A stretch of 64,000 bases of DNA from the NCBI GenBank assembly GCA_034530875.2, contig JAVRCJ020000012.1, positions 64,001-128,000 of the forward strand. The letters are read 5' to 3'. The DNA comes from Nostoc sp. DedSLP01 (GTDB taxonomy: Bacteria > Cyanobacteriota > Cyanobacteriia > Cyanobacteriales > Nostocaceae). The notes under the pieces were generated by a model, which was not told the DNA's origin, did not search any database, and saw nothing but the letters and a program-made list of their open reading frames with translations. The translations under genes were made by a program, and so were the position numbers. Below, piece after piece: positions 59,799 to 64,000 of the stretch (position 1 is its first letter; each line of letters opens with the position of its first letter).

Positions 59799-60821
59799 GT
59801 GTCTGTAGGCAACTTATTCCAAGAAGTTAGGACAGTAGAAGCTTCTCATAATGCGGCTTACTACTTTCCCGTGATGAGTGGACGCTATGAAGTGAAGCCA
59901 GGGATGATGCCTTTTGGCTGCTGTTTGGGTAACACTCAGGCTGATGGACAGGTATTTCAAATTGATGATAATTTTACCCACTACCGTCAAGCTAAAGTTT
60001 TAGCGCGTGGGGAAAGGTTGAGTAAGTACTACCAAACGTGCAATTATTCTCAGGCTGTGGCAAGTGCGATCGCTCGTTTAATAATTAATCGTCTCATTCA
60101 AGAACACCCAAATTATTTTGAGTGCGAAAAGTTAATAGATAACACCCTGAAATTTCATAGCCAACTTACTAAAGAAACACTCTATTTAGACGCACAGTTG
60201 CAGTTACAAAAAGTTGAGTGTAGTTCTGTTGTTCCTGCTTACGCCTCTACCCTTGATGCTTTAGCAGCGCAAGTACAAGAAGACCTGACAATTATTTGCC
60301 GTTGTGCTGATGGTAGGAATTGGTTGAGTGCAGTTCATCTTTGCTATCCCAACCACTGGTCTGCGGAAGAGAAAATTGGCAAAGACTTTGCGACGATACA
60401 CACGCCTGTAGCGGGTATGGAAAAAATAAATCGGCGTGCAGGTGCGATCGCTCATACAATGATTGCTCGCAAACCAATGGTACGCTTTGCTTGGGGTTTG
60501 AGTACCGATAGCCGCCTCAACCACCATCCCGAACCACCGCCTGGGGTGTCGCTTACCCAATGGCAAGGTAGAAACTTTGATTTACAAAATCCCAGGCTTT
60601 ATCTGCGAATTGAACGACAGGTAATTTGGGGAATACCAGAGTGTGAAGCCGCACTGTTTACTATTCGTACTTACTTTAGAGATTGTGCTGTAGTTAAAAA
60701 AGATTTAGCGTTAAATTCTAAACTTTATGCTGCAATTGAATCTATGTCGCCAGAAGCTCTAACATATAAGGGTTTAGTAGAAAGTAAAGCTACTATTTTA
60801 CAGTGGTTACGAGATATTTAA
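59799..60821 (+). CDS. DUF3445 / heme-dependent oxidative N-demethylase alpha-like protein
   Basis: VQEDL, LCYPNHW, KIGK, IHTPV, LRIERQ, LFTIRTY. Confidence 0.8.
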   Translation: MSVGNLFQEVRTVEASHNAAYYFPVMSGRYEVKPGMMPFGCCLGNTQADGQVFQIDDNFTHYRQAKVLARGERLSKYYQTCNYSQAVASAIARLIINRLIQEHPNYFECEKLIDNTLKFHSQLTKETLYLDAQLQLQKVECSSVVPAYASTLDALAAQVQEDLTIICRCADGRNWLSAVHLCYPNHWSAEEKIGKDFATIHTPVAGMEKINRRAGAIAHTMIARKPMVRFAWGLSTDSRLNHHPEPPPGVSLTQWQGRNFDLQNPRLYLRIERQVIWGIPECEAALFTIRTYFRDCAVVKKDLALNSKLYAAIESMSPEALTYKGLVESKATILQWLRDI

Positions 60822-60876
60822 CGTACAAAACATTAGGATAAAAAAGGCGATCGCCAATCTCAGCTTTACCGCAAAA

Positions 60877-60916
60877 TTTATACCAATATAAAAGTATTAT
60901 TTAAAATTGGTATAAA
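60877..60916. terminator. Possible hairpin between convergent genes
   Basis: tttataccaat ... attggtataaa. Confidence 0.45.
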
Positions 60917-60939
60917 AAAGCAAATAATTAAAACTCAAA

Positions 60940-61956
60940 TTAGCTTTTTTTCGGTCGCCGCATTTGCTTATAATTAATCGGCCCGAGAATTTGGTTAAGG
61001 TTACGCAACTGCTCGGCTGTACCCATCCCAATTAGCCTGTCTCCTGGCATTAAAATTGTATCGCCAGTGGGGCCGCCGATTAAAGTTCCATCAAGGCGGC
61101 GAATTGCCAGAACTAATGCCCCACTTTGCGATCGCAATCTCGCCTTTTGCAAACTCTGACCCACGAAAGGACAAGAAGCCGGGTCGAGTAAAAATTCTTC
61201 CATATACAACTGACGGTCTGCACCTGTCAAAATCCCGTCTACAAAGTCTAAAACTTGCGGCCTCAAAGCCGCAGCCGCCATCCGCTTGCCACCAGTAATA
61301 TACGGTGAAATCACTTCATCTGCGCCACCACGTTGTAATTTTTGTAAAGCTTCTTCTGTACTTGCGCGAGCGATCGCCCGAATTCCTGGATTAAGTGTTT
61401 TTGCTGATAAAACCGTATATAAATTTTCGGCATCAGATGGTAGTGCTGCAACTATACAAATCGCCCTTTCAATTCCCACCTTTAAAAGGGTATCATCTAG
61501 CGTTGCATCACCTTGGTATACTGTGTAACCCTCAGCTTGCGCTCTTTGCACGGATTCTAACTCAGAATCAATGACTACAAAAGATACGCCTTCTGCTCTA
61601 AATTCCTTAGCAATTTGACGACCAGTCCGACTAAAGCCACAGATAATGTAGTGTTCTGATAGAGATTCCATTAACCGCCTCTGCTGTTGTAGTCGAATTC
61701 CTTGTTGGAAGTAGCCTTGAACGATCGCTTCTGTAAATCTGTTGACAATGTAACCGATATTGACTACGCCTAACAAAATTAGAGCAATTGTAAATAACCG
61801 TCCTCGACTACCGAGTGGGTGTGTTTCTCCATAGCCTACGGTAGCTAAGGTAATAACTGTCATATAAGCAGCATCTTCCCATGACCAGCCCTCTATTATT
61901 CGATACCATAAAGTGCCAATGAAGAAAACACCGCCAAGAGCGATCGCCCCGGCCAT
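60940..61956 (-). CDS. Potassium channel with RCK (TrkA-N/TrkA-C) domains
   Basis: Selectivity filter TVGYGE; IICGFSRTG; GADEVISP. Confidence 0.92.
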   Translation of the reverse strand: MAGAIALGGVFFIGTLWYRIIEGWSWEDAAYMTVITLATVGYGETHPLGSRGRLFTIALILLGVVNIGYIVNRFTEAIVQGYFQQGIRLQQQRRLMESLSEHYIICGFSRTGRQIAKEFRAEGVSFVVIDSELESVQRAQAEGYTVYQGDATLDDTLLKVGIERAICIVAALPSDAENLYTVLSAKTLNPGIRAIARASTEEALQKLQRGGADEVISPYITGGKRMAAAALRPQVLDFVDGILTGADRQLYMEEFLLDPASCPFVGQSLQKARLRSQSGALVLAIRRLDGTLIGGPTGDTILMPGDRLIGMGTAEQLRNLNQILGPINYKQMRRPKKS

Positions 61957-62449
61957 TAACTCTTTTTGAATACGTTGATATTTTTGCTCAAGAGTTGAGA
62001 ATAAAGTAGAAATAGTACTTTTAGCCTATATTTTTGAGTTTTGTACTAACTTTATAGTATTTAGTCTGGTGAGCAAAGAGGACAAACAGACAAAGGGAAA
62101 ATCCTATAGATAAATCCAGGTTCAAGTACATCTTTTTTGTCTATAGTTTTTTCCAAACAGCAATATTGTAGCGATCGTATCTACTTTAGCGATCGTTGTA
62201 GGAAATCTTTAGCATTCTTGAGTTCGTTGATACTGCGGATATGTAGAAGTCTCAAATTATCTTCAACATTCTTTAGTCAACGACAGTAATTTTACTGAGG
62301 ATGGCTTGATAGTGTGATGTTAGATTTGCAGCGTATATCACTACTTCATCATTTACTTACAAATCATTTTTTATACTCAAATCCCTAGTAAATGAGTAAT
62401 TTAAGGCGTTAATTTTGCATTAACTGCGTACACTACCACATAGGAAGTT

Positions 62450-63421
62450 ATGTCAAATCATAAATCAGTGGTCGCATTAACTACATCTACCTTAAGAAAT
62501 ACCTCTGAAGATAGAGGGAAAAGGTTTTGGCAGCAATGGCAGCAATATCAAGACGCTCTTTATCGTTGTTGTCTCAAGTGGATGGGGGGAAACTCTACCG
62601 ATGCCGAAGATGCGCTGAGTCGGGCTATGTTCAAGGCTTGGGAGAAGATGCAAAAGTATGCAGAGGAAATTGTTAATTTTAAAGCATGGCTAACAAGACT
62701 AACTCATAATCTCTGCGTCGATATTCATCGAGAACGCGATCGCCATGCCAATAGAGTTGAGAATATAGAAGCGATTCCAGAGGAACAAGGTCTAGTTTCC
62801 TTTGATGATACGCCAGAAAGGGCAATGGAGACTGGCGAGAAAAGGATTGTGATTCGTCGTGCCATTGATAAGTTACCAACTAGGCTGCGCGAGACATTTA
62901 TCCTGCACTTTTATCAAGAACTCTCTTATCCAGAAATTGCCCAACAGCAAGAGATTTCCTACCAAAACGTCTGCAAGCGCATCTCCCAGGCACGGGCTAT
63001 TCTGCGAGAGGAGTTGAGAGGATATTTTATCGAAGAGGATGGGACTGATAGTAATTTAGCGGTTCCATCAGCTGCAATAGGCGAAATGTCTGAAGGGGAT
63101 GCGGGAATTGAAGTAATTGTGGGTGAGACGGTGACATTATCCGAAGAGGCAGAAGAAGTAAAGATTGTTGTGGGTGAGTCACCGCAGCAAGAAGCACTAT
63201 TGATACAGTACTCTGGGTTGTCACTTGGAAAGATTTTCACTTTGGCACAATTTGAGAAAGAAACTGTAAATTGTGGGAATTTCTGTTCAGCGTTGCAGAG
63301 GATGCAACAACAGCTAGAGGTTAGAAAAGGATGGAGAAAATCTCTGCTATTATCTCACCCTTCTCCTCATATCTCATTTTTGTTACATCAATCCTGCTCA
63401 ACTCTAACCAATGCTCCTTAG
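62450..63421 (+). CDS. ECF-type sigma-70 factor with acidic C-terminal extension
   Basis: DAEDALS, FKAWLTRLTHNLCVD (region 2), LPTRLRETF...LSYPEIA...RISQAR (region 4). Confidence 0.88.
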   Translation: MSNHKSVVALTTSTLRNTSEDRGKRFWQQWQQYQDALYRCCLKWMGGNSTDAEDALSRAMFKAWEKMQKYAEEIVNFKAWLTRLTHNLCVDIHRERDRHANRVENIEAIPEEQGLVSFDDTPERAMETGEKRIVIRRAIDKLPTRLRETFILHFYQELSYPEIAQQQEISYQNVCKRISQARAILREELRGYFIEEDGTDSNLAVPSAAIGEMSEGDAGIEVIVGETVTLSEEAEEVKIVVGESPQQEALLIQYSGLSLGKIFTLAQFEKETVNCGNFCSALQRMQQQLEVRKGWRKSLLLSHPSPHISFLLHQSCSTLTNAP

Positions 63422-64000
63422 AGGTAGCTATTCAGTTGGTGTCGAGTTTGGTTATAACTAGCAATACTTTCGACATTTTTTTGATGTTGGGCTTTCTGCG
63501 TGAGAAGCCAACGTATTAGTTGGGTTATCCTACGGGAAGCAAGCCTCAGCATGTTTACATATTTTAAATAAAAATTGTTATTATTCTGGCTCTTTACCCT
63601 TTTTTTGAGGTAGCAAAGCTGGGCGTAATACCATTTTCAAAAATCTTTCCAGCAGATAAATCAGCTGTAGGAGAATAAGTTGTATGCCCCTACCCATATA
63701 TCTGTATCAAGCAGTTCATGAAATGGTATAACATTTCGTAGAAAAGGAGCATGAGTTGGTAAAACCAACGCTAGTTGTTCGTAGGGAAAAAGCCCAAGAC
63801 CTTGCTGGCTCTCTAACACAAAACTACTCCAACTTACGAATCGAGGCATTTTTCGATTTAGCGAAGATATTGAACTAGAAAAATTAATTCATAAGTTGGT
63901 TACTCAAAACGTCTTAAGAATGTAAGGCTTACGCAAAAACCTTCCCAAACTTTTATTTGTTACGTTCGAGACGCTTCTCTAAAAGAGGCTTTCCTTTGGG

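Noticed and set aside
197..63240. Many short antisense or overlapping ORFs in the track
   Set aside because: Shadows of longer, motif-supported genes
63661..63925. 62-aa minus ORF, or an interrupted plus-strand frame
   Set aside because: Possible pseudogene remnant, but no identifiable family on either strand
1..64000. CRISPR array, tRNA, rRNA or riboswitch
   Set aside because: No regularly spaced repeat-spacer units or recognisable RNA motifs seen by eye; a covariance-model search was not possible

Overview
Window from a filamentous, probably heterocyst-forming (Nostocales-like) cyanobacterium, judged from frequent HIP1 GCGATCGC octamers, STRR heptamers and DevBC/Rcp1/RcaC-type genes. No rRNA, tRNA or CRISPR array was seen. 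Positions 1-25 kb hold a dense two-component/c-di-GMP signalling region plus an SPS-like glycosyltransferase and a double-glycine-leader peptide. The main candidate for an undescribed system is a 14-gene minus-strand cluster at 25.2-38.7 kb with no modular NRPS or PKS. It encodes three carrier proteins, a FAAL, a second acyl-AMP ligase, an ICMT-family methyltransferase, a non-canonical FabH-like enzyme, two different diiron proteins, a seryl-tRNA-synthetase-like amino acid:carrier protein ligase, a stand-alone thioester reductase-like SDR, DevB/DevC exporter parts without the ATPase, and a hydrolase; a modified lipo-amino-acid product is inferred. After it come an RTX protein, an RcaC-like phosphorelay operon, an IS4-family element whose transposase start lies in another frame, and mixed housekeeping/accessory genes. 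Intergenic DNA is packed with several MITE families, some with 10-bp target duplications and some nested. All product calls come from motif recognition, not database searches.
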